Assembly (NCBI GenBank): GCA_036785375.1
Contig: JAWMAR010000286.1
Span: 2,418,001 to 2,482,000 of the forward strand
DNA: 64,000 nt
DNA from: Leucoraja ocellata
Lineage: Eukaryota
Reading direction: 5' to 3'
Shown here piece by piece: positions 11,090-22,706 of the stretch. A program made the translations under genes and the position numbers. The notes beneath the pieces were generated by a model. That model was given only the letters and a program-made list of their open reading frames with translations, was not told the origin of the DNA and did no database searches. Numbering within the stretch: position 1 is the stretch's first letter; every line of letters begins with the position of its first letter.

Positions 11090-12395
11090 AGTGCAGGAGT
11101 AGGCCATTCGGCCCTTTGGGCCACTCAATGTGATCATGGCTGATCGTCCACAATCAGTAACCCATTCCTGCCTTCTCCCCATATCCCTTGATTCTACTAG
11201 CCCTAAGAGCTCTATCTAACTCTCTTTTGAATGCATCCAGTGAGTCGGCCTCCACTAACTTCAGTGGCAGATAGTTCCACAAATTCACAACATTCTGGTT
11301 GAAAAGTTTCTTCCTCATCTCAGTTCTAAATGGCCTACCCTGTATTATTATACTGTGGCCCTTGGTTCTGGACTCCTCCAACATCAGGAACATGTTTCCT
11401 GCATCTAGCGTGTCCAATCCCTTAATAATTCTATGTTTCCATAAGATGCCCTCTCATCCTTCTAAATTCCAGTGGATACTAGCCCAGTCGTTCCATTCTT
11501 TTATCATATGACATTTCTGCCATCCCAGGAATTAACCTTGTGAACCTATGTTGCACTCCCTCAATAGCAAGAATGTCCTTCCTCAAATTATGAGACCAAA
11601 ACTGAACACAATACTCCAGGTATTGTCTCACCAGGGCCCTATACAACTGCAGAAGGATCGTTTTGCTCCTATACTAAAATCCTGTCATTATGAAGGCCAA
11701 CGTGCCATTAGTTTTCTTCACTGCCTGCTGTTTCTTGCATGCTTATTTTCAGTAACTGATGTACAAGTACACCCAGGTCTCATTGCACTTCCCCTTTTCC
11801 TAATCTGACACCATACAGAAGAAGGGTCTCGACCCGAAACGTCACCCATTCTTTTGCTCCAGAGATGCTGCCTGACTCGCTGAGTTACTCCAGAATTTTG
11901 AGTCTATCTGCCACTCAGATGATAATCTGCCTCTTGTTCTTGCCACTAAAGTGGATAACCTCACATTTGTCCACATTACACTGTCTCTGCCGTGCATCTT
12001 CCCACTCACCCAACCTATCCAAGTCACCCTGGATCTGCATAGCATCCTCTTCACAGTTCACATTGCCATTCAGCTTTGTGTCATCTGCAAAATTGCTAAT
12101 ATTACTTTTTATTCCTTCATCTAAATGATTAATATATATTGTGAGTAGCTGCGGTCCCAGCACCGAGCCTTGAGGCACCCCACTAGTCACTACCTGCCAT
12201 TCTGAAAGGGAACCGTTAATTCCTACTCTTTGTTTCCTGTCTGCCAACCAATTTACTATCCATGTCAATACCCTACCCCCAATACCATGTGCTCTGATTT
12301 TGTCCACTAATCTCTTGTGTGGGACCTTATGAAAGGCCTTCTGAAAGTCCAGGTACACTACATCCACTGGCTCTCCCTTATCCATGTTACTGTCT
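11090..12395 (-). mobile_element. CR1 LINE, degraded, interrupted by a Penelope tail at ~11815-11910
   Basis: ORF 11915-12427 VYLDFQKAF..VPQGSVLGP..FADDTKL; CR1 3'UTR near 11090. Confidence 0.9.
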
Positions 12396-12929
12396 AGTTG
12401 TGAGGGATAACATTCATTTCTTTCCATTCATTTTTGAATGACAAATAATTTCAATTAAATTCAAAATGTACAGGTCTATTACGAAGAAGATCTTGGAAGA
12501 TTTCACATTGTTTGTCAATGCTCTGCATAGTCTACTCTTCTCCCTCACTTTCCCAAAGTTTACTTAAATTTAGAACTTCATTTTCTGACACATCCTTCTT
12601 AACTATTATATTGAATACCATTAAACGGTGACTGACAAGCGTTACTGCACCATTAACTAATTGACTAGCAGACTAATTATTCATTACTTTTGTTAGCTGA
12701 AGGACATATCGTTCCAGAAAAAATTGAACACAATATTATAACTATTGCACAACCAACGATTTATACAAGTTTTCTATTAGGTTCTTAAGCATTATTTCCC
12801 ATATGAAAATGTAGCATATCATTTGCTTTTGAAGGTTTGTATATCTGAATCCTGATTTTTAAAATTGTGCACATTTTATTCATCTCCTTTCTCCAAAATA
12901 CCTCCCAAAATACATCATCGAGTTTTTGA

Positions 12930-13203
12930 GAGCGGGCAGAGCAGGCAGAGCGCAGAGAGTTTGGGGAGCGCGGAGCTTGGGGAGCGCGGAGCACGGGGAG
13001 CGCAGATAGCGGGGGGAGCGAGGGGAGCGGGGAGAGTGGAGGAGAGGGAAGAGTGGCGGAGAGGGGAGAGAGGCACGGAGACAGAGAGGCATGGAGGCAG
13101 AGAGGCACGTAGTCATTGAGGCAGGGAGGCAGGGAGGCAGGGAGGCACGGAGCCACGGAAGCAGGGAGGAACGGAGGCAGAGAGGCACGGAGGCAGGAAG
13201 GCA
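12930..13203. repeat. Purine-rich low-complexity repeat (ggagc / ggaggca units)
   Basis: Degenerate tandem units visible in the sequence. Confidence 0.85.
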
Positions 13204-13242
13204 AATAAAATAAAGTGGAATAATAAAATAACGTGATTTTAC

Positions 13243-13435
13243 CTGAGCCTGTGCTCGCGGTCCGGTAGTCCTGACAGTGAGTTTAAGAAATACTCCCTTG
13301 AATTTTATTCAAAGGAACGCAGTGTTAAAACACAATTACATTTACAGTGGAATGTGGATCGATGTATTGATGACACATTGTATAACTACTGTTAACTACT
13401 GGCTGTTAACAAGTGCTAACATTGGCAGTTAACAA
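13243..13435 (-). promoter_or_regulatory. Possible promoter and non-coding first exon
   Basis: Minus-strand donor CAG|GTAAAA at 13243/13242; CCAAT (attgg 13421-13425); three C(T/A)GTTAAC MYB-like sites at 13389-13433. Confidence 0.3.
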
Positions 13436-13562
13436 GTCATCTTCGTCTGAGTTGAATAAAGTGAGAAACGGCACACATCTTTCTGCAGTACTCATTAAAC
13501 CCGAGCTGGAAATTGAAAACAAGGGGAATGCTGTACCCCTGCGTACCGGCTGAACTCACGGT

Positions 13563-14850
13563 TATAGACAATAAACAATAGGCAATAGACAATAGGTGTA
13601 GGAGTAGGCCATTCAGCCCTTCGAGCCAGCGCCATAATTCACTGTGATCATAGCTGCTCATCCCCAATCAGTACCCCGTTCCGGCCTTCTCCTCATATCC
13701 CATGACTCTGCTATCTTTAAGAACTTAGAATAACTCTTTCTTGAAAGCATCCAGAGAATTGGCTTCCACTGCCTTCTGAGGCAGAGAATTCCACAGATTA
13801 ACAACCCTCTGGATGAAAAAGTTTGACCTCATCTCCATTCTAATACTTATTCTGAAACTGTGGCCCCTGGGTCTGGACTCCCCCAACAATGGGAACATAT
13901 TTCCTGCCTCTAGCGTGTCCAACCCCTTAATAATCTTATAAGTTTCAATAAGATATCCTCTCATCCTGATTCCAGTGTATACAAGCCCGGTAGCTTCATC
14001 CTTTCGACATATGACAGGCCCGCCATCCCAGGAATTAACCACGTAAACCTACGCTGCACTCCCTCAATAGTCAGAATATCCATCCACAAATTTGGAGACC
14101 AAAACTGCACACAAAATTCCAGTTGAGGTTTTACCAGGGGCCTGTACAACTGCTGAAGGACCTCTTTGCTCCTATATTCAACTCCTCTTGTTATGAAGGC
14201 CAACATGCCATTAATTTTCTCCATTGCCTGCTGTACCTGCATGCTTACTTTTGCTGAATGATGTACAAGGACATCCAGATCTCGTTGTACTTCTCCTTTT
14301 CCTAACTTGACACCATTCAGATAATAATCTGCCTTCCTTTTCTTGCCACCAAAGTGGATAACCTCACATTTATCCATAATAAACTGCATCTGCCATGCAT
14401 CTGCCCACTCACCCAACCTGTCCAAGTCACCCCGCATCCTTACAGTTCACACTGCCACCTAGCTTTGTGTCATCTGCAAATTTGCTAATGTTACTTTTAA
14501 TCTCCTCATCTAAATCATTAATCATTAATCACTGCCTGCCATTCTGAAAGGGACCCGTTAATCCCTACTCTTTGTTTCCTGCGTGCTAATCAATTTTCTA
14601 TCCATGTCTATACCCTACCCCCAATACCATGTGCTCTAATTTTGTCAACTAATCTCCTATGTGGGACCTTATCAAGACTTACTGAAAGTCCAGTTACAAT
14701 GCATCCATGGCGCTCCCTTTTCCATTTTCCCAGTTACATTACATCTCCAAAACATTCCATAAGATTAGTCAAGCATGATTTCCCTTTCATAAATCCATGC
14801 TGACTCGGACCGATCCTGTTACTGCTATCCAAATGTCCCACAATTTCATC
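13563..14850 (-). mobile_element. CR1 LINE, degraded
   Basis: ORFs 13725-14042 and 13961-14437 (WADAWQMQFIMDKCEVIHFG..); 3' tail atagacaata repeats. Confidence 0.9.
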
Positions 14851-16091
14851 TTATTTATGGAGTTTCCCCCAGGTGCTCCCTTTCGCTCCCCACACGCTAC
14901 TTTGTTGTATAGATATTCCCCGCAACACCTGCTATGTTGTATGAACCCGTGACTCGATGAGAAATGAATGGCAAAAACTCCTGAAGGACTGTCACCTTCC
15001 CCCGATGTGTCGGTAAGTGGTCGAATGGGGCTCAGGTGGGAAGTTGATGTGATGGTTTCCGCCCTTTAGGACATTTTCACCAGGTGTGTGTGCTGCCATA
15101 TGCGAAGCTTCGCTATTTGTAAAGGTTTCTTGTCTATTGTACTTTTTTTAACTCACTGAACCGGAGTTTTGGGATTTTTCAATGTATAGGCTGACGGTTA
15201 GTACATTTCTCACCCCTGTTTATTCATCGCTCGGCAGACTGTATTTCGGGGATCTCGCCTCACACCTGTTTTATCCATGACTGCAGATGGTAGACCGACC
15301 CCAAAGGATATTCCCCTTCGTGTTGGCAAAGTTTTGCATTTGCTTTATTTTTCACATAAAGGCGATTTATTTTTAAGAGTTGGTGTGGATCATTTCATTA
15401 TCAAACAATCTTATTCAAACAAGAGATGGACACAAAAAGCTGGAGTAACTCAGCTGGCCAGACAGCATCTCAGGAGAAAAAGAATAGGCAACGCTTTGGG
15501 TCGAGACTTTTTTTATCAGCGATGCTGCATGACCCGCTGAGCTACTCCAGCTTTTTGTGCCTTCCTATACTTATTCAAACAGGAATGCATTCACTATTCG
15601 ACTTGTGAAAATCTTTTAACATGTTGAAATTTTCACGAGTTAACACATTTCCTGAGTACCTGCCATTAGCATTACGAGTCGCTAAGTTACGTCCACGAGC
15701 TCCGACATTCCCGCTACGTTCATTCTACGTGATTACCACGAGTTTGATATGATATAACTCATGATAACTTGTGGGTGGACACGCACTGTGGGACAGGGGT
15801 TTTAGTGTTTACAAAATGTTGAGATTCTCTCTCCTGAAGGCCACGCCACTTCCGGATGGACTATAAAACCCAGAAGTGTTGAGTGCCTCAGTCACTGCAA
15901 GATGGGGGAGCTTGAGGGTCATGTCTCAGTCTGTGCTGTGAATAACACTGAACACATGTCTACTAAACTGTGAGTGTGTTTTTACTGACCATGAGTGCCA
16001 TTAATGTGGTTTGAAAATGAAAATGTAGTTGGTTTGAAATAAAGCACAGCAAATGGTTGTTGGTGGTGATTGGTTTGAAATAAGCACAGCA

Positions 16092-16450
16092 CTTCACCAA
16101 ATTCTTACAACAATAGCATGGTGCAACACAAATTTAAATTGAAATCCGACGCTGGGTTGTGTGAGGTGGGCGGGTGGGACGAGGGGCAAGGAATATATCC
16201 ACCTTTCTTTTTCTTTTTTCTTATTTCTATATCTTTCTTCCACACAACTTTGATAGTTTAGGGGTCTTTTCACAATCTACTTTTATCCTCTCTTGTTTTC
16301 TTTTTCTTTCCTTTTTCCTTTTTTCATTTTCATAGTTTAGGTTATAAGGTTAAAAATGAAGCTGTGCAATAATTGTATAATTTTAGATGCCGAATGTTTT
16401 ATCCTTGTACAATTGCTAATAATAAAATTAAATATTTAAAAAAATAAAAT
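16092..16450 (+). mobile_element. 5'-truncated poly(A)-tailed LINE (L1/Tx1-like) 3' end
   Basis: Short ORF end FTKFLQQ*, T-rich UTR, AATAAA and A-rich tail. aaataa(a)gcacagca flanks it on both sides once the DIRS is removed. Confidence 0.55.
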
Positions 16451-16667
16451 AAAATAGTGAGATTAAATGAGAATTTACCAGTTTGAAGTTTGATCTTTAT
16501 TTTATGAGGAGTTATGATAAGGGATTACGTGAAGACCCCGCCAGCACACATGTGCGACATACTTCAAAGCAGCGGTGTGGAATCACAGAAACAACACAAT
16601 AATTGAAATAAACATAGTAAAGATAAGGAGAACTAAGTTACCAGTTGAGTGTGGGAGCGGAGGACAT

Positions 16668-16777
16668 GTAATCTCTCATCGTAACTCCTCATAAAATAAA
16701 GATCAAACTTCAAACTGGTAAGTTCTCGTTTAATCTTACTATTTTACTTTCAAGTCACGTGAGTGACTATGTGAAGA
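16668..16777. other. DIRS internal complementary region (ICR)
   Basis: First part is the reverse complement of 16451-16528 and second part of 21372-21409, joined through a shared tatttt. Confidence 0.9.
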
Positions 16778-16945
16778 TTGTAGAGCACTGTGATTTCAAA
16801 CCGTGTAACAGTTCATACTTCACTCACTGCCGAATTCATCCAAGGGAGGAAGTATGTTATCGCAATCAAACTATCTGTTTATAAAACATTAATGGTATTT
16901 ATTTGAAAACAATAACAAAGAAAATAATGCTCCCCTGGGCTTAAA

Positions 16946-17920
16946 TTATATATTTGCAGAGTCCAAAATTCTCTCTGCAAATAAAACAGGTTTTGCTGAT
17001 GGCTTGTTGTAGAACGTTTGAAATGTTCTTTCCATGGACCACCCCGCTGTTGCCAGGATGTGGTCTAATGGCACGTCCATTCTTTTAGCCGCCGACGTGG
17101 ATGCTGCCCTGGTGGAGTGAGATGTGTAAATATCAGTATCCACTCCAGCAGCTCCCAGTACCTGTTTGAGCCATCTAAAGATGGTCTGACTCGACTCCCG
17201 ACCATGTGGCTTTTTGTGGCTGACCCATAGTGTTTTTTCTCTCCCTCGGGAATCTTTGGTTGTGTTGATGTATAGTAGAAGGTGAGTCATGACACATAAA
17301 CGGGGGTCAGGTGGGTACGCCCGGAATTCCATAATGAGTCCTGAAGTTCCTGGTCTGCTCTGTTTTACCAGCTCCTGAATGGTGAATGTTATTTGGTCTG
17401 ATGTTACAACCATATTGTCCAGTCTGAGTAGATAAAGGGACTGGACCCTTTGTGCTGAGACTAAAGCCATCAGCATGGCCGTTTTCAGGGTTAACTGTTC
17501 TAGAGCTGGTGGCCATCCCCTTAGGTATGTCAGGACAATGCTGACATCCCAGATCTTGGTGTACCTAGGTCTAGGGAGGTTTGAATTGAAGATCCCTCTC
17601 ATTAATTTGGCCACCAGCGGATTAGACCGTATGGCCTGTTGTCCTGGTGCCTGTCTTAGGTAGGCTGACAGTGCACTTCTAGCACAATTGATAGCGCTAT
17701 AGCTCAGACCTTCATCATGGTGAAGGCTGGCCAGGAAATCCAGTACATTTGTTATGGTGGTTGATCTGTAGGTTGTCCCTTTTCTCGAGCAGTATGTTTC
17801 CCATTTTCTTATACTCGAGAGGTGTTGTTTCTTGGTGGAAAGTCGGTGATATGCCGTCATCGTGTCCATGGTCCTATTTGACAATCCCAGATCCATCAAA
17901 GGCCTTTTTAGAATCTGCAA
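16946..17920 (-). CDS. DIRS tyrosine recombinase, open frame of 324 aa
   Basis: SAQRVQSL (R), VKQSRPG (K), SHSTRAAS (HxxR), AGWS (W), FQTFYNK (Y); N-terminal ARSALS. Confidence 0.92.
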   Translation of the reverse strand: MQILKRPLMDLGLSNRTMDTMTAYHRLSTKKQHLSSIRKWETYCSRKGTTYRSTTITNVLDFLASLHHDEGLSYSAINCARSALSAYLRQAPGQQAIRSNPLVAKLMRGIFNSNLPRPRYTKIWDVSIVLTYLRGWPPALEQLTLKTAMLMALVSAQRVQSLYLLRLDNMVVTSDQITFTIQELVKQSRPGTSGLIMEFRAYPPDPRLCVMTHLLLYINTTKDSRGREKTLWVSHKKPHGRESSQTIFRWLKQVLGAAGVDTDIYTSHSTRAASTSAAKRMDVPLDHILATAGWSMERTFQTFYNKPSAKPVLFAERILDSANI

Positions 17921-20030
17921 CCCAGTAGGTTTATTCTGTCATGGCATGGGTGACTTTCGCCTGATACAGGGTGAATCAGTAGATCTGGTCCGCTGGGAAT
18001 GGTCATGGGTGTTTCAACAACCCTGTCAAGGACCACTGGGAACCATGGCTGTGTAGGCCAGTCGGGTACTACCAAAATGCCTGAAGCAGAATCCATCTGT
18101 TTTTTGCGTAGTACCCGACTGATGAGGCAGAAGGGGGGAAAAGCATAGAAAAAATAGTTCCCCCAGTTCAGCGCGAATGCATCCATCGCCGCTGCCTCAG
18201 GGTCTGGTTCCCAAGCGACATACATCGGTACCTGGTGATTCAGTCAGGATGCAAAGAGATCGATATCTGGTGTTCCATATTGCTTTGTAATTTCAGCAAA
18301 TACTTTGGGGTTTAACATCCATTCGGTGTTATCATTGAACTTGCGTGACCTGGTGTCTGCCATTGTATTTAGCTTACCTGGTAGGTAAGTTGCTGATAGC
18401 CAAATATGTTTGTCGACACACCATTGCCGGATTGTGTTGACCAAATTATCACATGATATCGATTTTATCCCGCCCATATGGTTAATATAGAATTTGATAT
18501 GGTTAATATGAATTTAATGCATTTCGTTGTCTCTGTACTGTACACTGACAATGACAATTAAAATTGAATCTGAATCTGAATCTGAATCTGAATATAGGCC
18601 ACCACTGTCTATTGAGTCTGCAAATGAACATGCAATGGGTGCATATTTGAACAATATGCTTTTAAACCATAGAACGCTCCCAACATTTCCAAATAGTTTA
18701 TGCCCAGTGTCTGTAGTAGTGATGATTCTAGATTAGTCCATCTACCACCTGTACTGGATATGGTGTTAGTTGCTCCCCAGCCTTGAGCACTGGCATCTGT
18801 TTGTATTGTTAATGTTGGGTTATTGATAATGATGGGACTGGAACTATGCCAAATGTTCTCTTTCCACCATTGTAACTATGATATTGCTTCAATGGGCAAT
18901 TTCATGGTTCGGTCAAAGTGACCTGCATGTTGTTTTAACACTTGCACCTTTGATCTTTGTAAGTTTTGATAATGCAAAGGTCCAAACTGGGTAGCTGGAA
19001 ATGCTGCTACTAATTTCCCAATTACTCTTGCCACTTGTCAAATGGTTGGTTGATTGTTAACCATTCATTTGTTACAGGTTTGTGCCAATTATGCTGATTT
19101 TTCTTTTGGCAACGTTACAGACATGTGGACTGAGTTAGTTGTGAATCCCAGACAGTCCATAGTTGTGGATGGCGTCAACTTAGATTTATCTGGATGTATG
19201 ACAAATCCCAAGGTTTCAAATAAATGTTTAGTAGCTAATCCTGCTGAATTAGCTAATTCCATGGTTTTGCCTATTATCAAAATATCATCAAGATATGCCA
19301 TGACAATATGTTTTTGTTTTCTTAATATTGCCAAGACTGGTTATAATATCTTGGTAAACAGTCTTGGGGCTGATGTTAACACATTAGGCAATGATTTGTA
19401 CTGCCTTAGTTGCCCCATCCAGGTAAATTGTAGGTATCTACGATGATCCTTATGAATGGGTACTAAATAGTATGCATCTTTTAAGTCGATGCTCGCCATA
19501 AAGTATCCTTTGGAAATCAATTGTTTGGCAGTCACAAATGTTTCCATTTTGAAGTGTATATACCTAACGAAAGTATTCAATGTGGTTAAGTCAATGATGA
19601 TGCGACATCCGCCTTCTTTTTTGGTTTAAGTAAATATATTTGATACAAATACCAAAGGTCCATGTTTATATATCTCTATGATACCCTTTGTATGTAACCT
19701 CACCAGTTCTGCTTGTCCCTCACATTTTTCTTTTAGTGAGAGGGTAAAACCCCTTTGGGGAGCATGCTGAACTGGTGGCATGTTTTCTTGAATTAATTCA
19801 ATTTTATATCCTTGAATACTATTAAGTATATAACTATCAAGTGTGATAGTCCTCCATGCTTCCATAAACAGGTGTACTCTCCCCCCTGTTAGCACAATCC
19901 ACCCACCTTTTATGTACTGGTAGGAACCAGACCCACCTACCTCCATTGTTATTGGTGGTGTATTAATTTCTTCGGTTTCTGTTTCCTTGTCTGTCAGGGT
20001 GGTGCTGTTGGGGGGTGGCGCATTTTCCAT
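17908..20030 (-). pseudogene. DIRS RT / RNase H / methyltransferase-like ORF, broken by stops, frameshifts and an insertion at ~18490-18592
   Basis: SIDLKDAYY, SAPRLFTK, AYLDDILI, HMGGIKS, YLPGKLNTMADTRSR, DIDLFAS, YAFPPF..VVPDWPTQPWFP. Confidence 0.9.
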
Positions 20031-21205
20031 GGGGCCCGCTCTGGGCCCTGTCCTAAAAAATACTTCCGGGGATGGTATGCGGGCCCCGAGCTTTCACCAG
20101 TACCATGAAGTAGACGCCTACTGGTGGATGCAATGGGATACTGCCATCTGGGTTGCGTGATTTTGCTCGTTCCGGGTCCTGCCCTCATGAGGCCAAATAC
20201 CTTGGATTCTTCGTCCAAATCTTTGACTTGCTTTGGCAAGTCCTTGCCAAATAGCAGGATCTGTGGTTCTGAGGTCTGCGTTCTACACAGTCCTGCGAAT
20301 TTTGGGTTGATGGCAGGTCTGATGGCTTCCTTCCGGAGGTTGTTAATCTCATATTGTGTGTTGCACGGTAGAGCCCGGGTGTCTTGTTGGTTTGTTGTCA
20401 TATCTACCCCGTCCACAGAACGAGCGTGATAGCCGACGTCAGGAGCTTCAATATCTTTTGCAGTTTTAATTCTTGGGTTCTGATACCCTGCCCAATGTAC
20501 CCCCAGATTTGACTATTAACGGCAGGCACATTGAGCGAAATGCAATTTTCAGGTGTGTAGAGGTCCAACTCTACCTTTGACTACCTGTTCTTGCAGTGGT
20601 TTAAAGGACAGGTAGTCAATACTGGCCGCCAGTTTAGGCTGTAATGGCTGTCCCACTCGTCGTGTTGCCGTGTAGTGGTTCACCACTCCCAGCAACTCTT
20701 CCTGATCCTGTACCCCAAGCATACTCCCGGTTTCTTCAGCCAGTGACCCCTGTTCTTCACCAGCCCAGTCCTGGTCGCCAACGCTCCCCTCTGCTGAGGG
20801 AGATGAGATGGCCAGTGCTTGATAATGCACTGGAGCAGGAGTGCTTGTACTCCCTTGGCGAGCTTGCCCCATCTCCCGGAGCAAGTCTCGCTGGAGCATT
20901 TGCTCCATGAGCCTTTCCATTCGGCTCAAACGGCCACCTTTGCTGCTTTCGGGCGGTGAGTCTTCCGCACCGAACTCGTCTGTGTAAACCGGCCGGTCCG
21001 ACCTCCGTTTTGCCTTACCTCCAACCCGCTGCGGTTGTTCGAGCTGTGCTAGCGGTGCTGGGTTCGGCTTGGAAATGTTGTCGGTGACTGTGGACCGCAG
21101 CGTGTGCAGTTCAGGTGTCGCCGGTCGCCCCCCACTGATGGAACCCTCCTGTTCCGTTGCAGTTGAATGGGGTACGACCTTCCTTGGTTGTTTTCCCTTG
21201 TTCAT
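19994..21205 (-). pseudogene. DIRS ORF1 (gag-like), frameshifted
   Basis: ORFs 20549-21205 and 19994-20416 (EINNLRKEAIRPAINPKF..LLFGKDL) upstream of RT. Confidence 0.7.
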
Positions 21206-21408
21206 GATCCTGTGTGAGTAAACCAGAACAAGGGTTCAAAACAACACGACCTCAGAGTAAGTTTACTTACCTGGAGGTCCCGTTTTTAAACTTGTTGCGG
21301 GAGAGCTCGTACTCCCGTTCGTCGCTGTTGCACTGTGTGAGATGCTATGTCGCGCATGCGTGCTGGCGGGGTCTTCACGTAGTCACTCACGTGATTTCGA
21401 AGTAAAAT

Positions 21409-21565
21409 AAAGCACAGCAAATGGTTTTTGGTGGTGGTTGGTTTGAAGTAAAGCACAGCAAATGGTTTTTGGTGGTGGTTGGTTTGAAATAAAGCACAGC
21501 AAATGGTTGTTGGTGGTGGTTGGTTTGAGATAAAGCACAGCAAATGGCTGTTGGTGGTGCTTGGT
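21409..21565. repeat. 41-bp minisatellite; more units at 16030-16091 and 41490-41685
   Basis: aaagcacagcaaatggt(t/g)ttggtggtggttggtttgaa(a/g)t, period 41. Confidence 0.9.
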
Positions 21566-21989
21566 TTAAAATGGCAAATGATTCAAATTCTAATCTTGAC
21601 AACTTCTGTTTGCACTGTATATTGATTTTAGATAAAGCACTACCACTTATGGCTGTGATTTTTGGCCAGCTTACTAATCCCCCTCCGCTCATCAGGTGCA
21701 AAGGATTCTTCCCATCAATTCAAAATAAAAGTGTTATTAGTGCTTAAAAAATGTTAAGAATCTCTCTCCTGTCAATCAAGCCATGAAGGCCATGCCCCAT
21801 CTGGTGGGGGGGGGAGAGATTATTAAACCCGGAAGTGTGGGTGTGGCTCAGTTTCTGCAAGATGGGGGAGGGAGAGGTCATGACTCTGTCTGAGCTGTGA
21901 ATCAACTGAACTGTGAAAGTGTGAATGTCTACTGAACTGTGAGTGTAGTGTAGTGTTTCGTGTGGTTTTATGGTGGTTTAACGGTGGTT

Positions 21990-22200
21990 TCACCATGCTT
22001 GAAATGGTATCAAACTGCATTTGTATGTGGTGGCCTTGCACCTGCTTGAAATGGTATGAAACTGCACTTGAATTTGGTGGCCTTGCACCCTGCTTGAAAT
22101 GGCATGAAACTGCACTTGAATTTGGTGGCTTTGCACCATGTTTGAAGTGGTAGGAAACGGCATTTGAATTTGGTGGCCTTGTCATTAAATGGAATTTCAA
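21990..22200. repeat. 48-bp minisatellite, about 4 units
   Basis: gaaactgcacttgaatttggtggccttgcaccctgcttgaaatggtat. Confidence 0.9.
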
Positions 22201-22510
22201 GGAATAGCCGTGAGATAACTGCCAGCCCACCAGTCGTGAGTGAGCTGCCAGCAGATCAGGCTTGAGTGACTGAGCTGCTACCCCAAGAATCCATTTGGCC
22301 CACTATTTCCATATTAGCCCTCCGGAAACCAGTCCCTTCAGCCGACAACAGCCATACTAGTGCTCCAGAAAGCCCCCCCCCCCCCCCCCCCCCCACCCTC
22401 CCCCCTCCCACTGGCCACCAATATTGGAATTGGTGGAGAGGTGAAATATTGTGTTGGGGGACCAGCCCTCCCATGTGAACATGAAACCCAACGGGCGCCA
22501 CTTAGTCTAG

Positions 22511-22706
22511 TAGTTTTATATAATTCTATCAAATCTCCCTTCAACCTCTGACGTTCCAGAGAAAATAATCCAAGTCTATCCAACTTCTTCCTGCTGTTGA
22601 AGCCCTCTAATCCAAGTAGCATTCTGGTAAACCTCCCCTGCACCCTCTCCAAAGCCTCCACATCTTTCCTGTAATAGGGTAACCAGAATTGCACGCAATA
22701 CTCCAT
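22511..22706 (-). mobile_element. CR1 fragment abutting the Helitron 3' end
   Basis: EYCVQFWLPYYRKDVEALERVQ..RLKGDLIELYK. Confidence 0.85.

Larger units (their letters stand above)
16451..21409 (-). mobile_element. Full-length DIRS1-type tyrosine-recombinase retrotransposon (degenerating)
   Basis: ITR tacgtgaagaccccgccagcac at ~16526 inverted with ~21348-21381; ICR at ~16668-16777; ORF1, RT, RH, MT and YR in order; aaaata at both ends. Confidence 0.95.
14857..22510 (+). mobile_element. Non-autonomous Helitron-like element, copy 1 (5' boundary uncertain), hosting L1-like and DIRS insertions
   Basis: 3' end degenerate hairpin + cacttagtCTAG|T at 22507-22511; reverse-complement homology to 40200-42690; 41-bp and 48-bp minisatellites. 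Confidence 0.7.

Noticed and set aside
12785-13204. Pro/Leu/Ser-rich ORFs (also at 56287-56787)
   Set aside because: Translations of low-complexity repeats.
17908-18300. Captured bacterial-type adenine methyltransferase
   Set aside because: The DLFAS..YAFPPF domain is a standard part of DIRS1-group elements.
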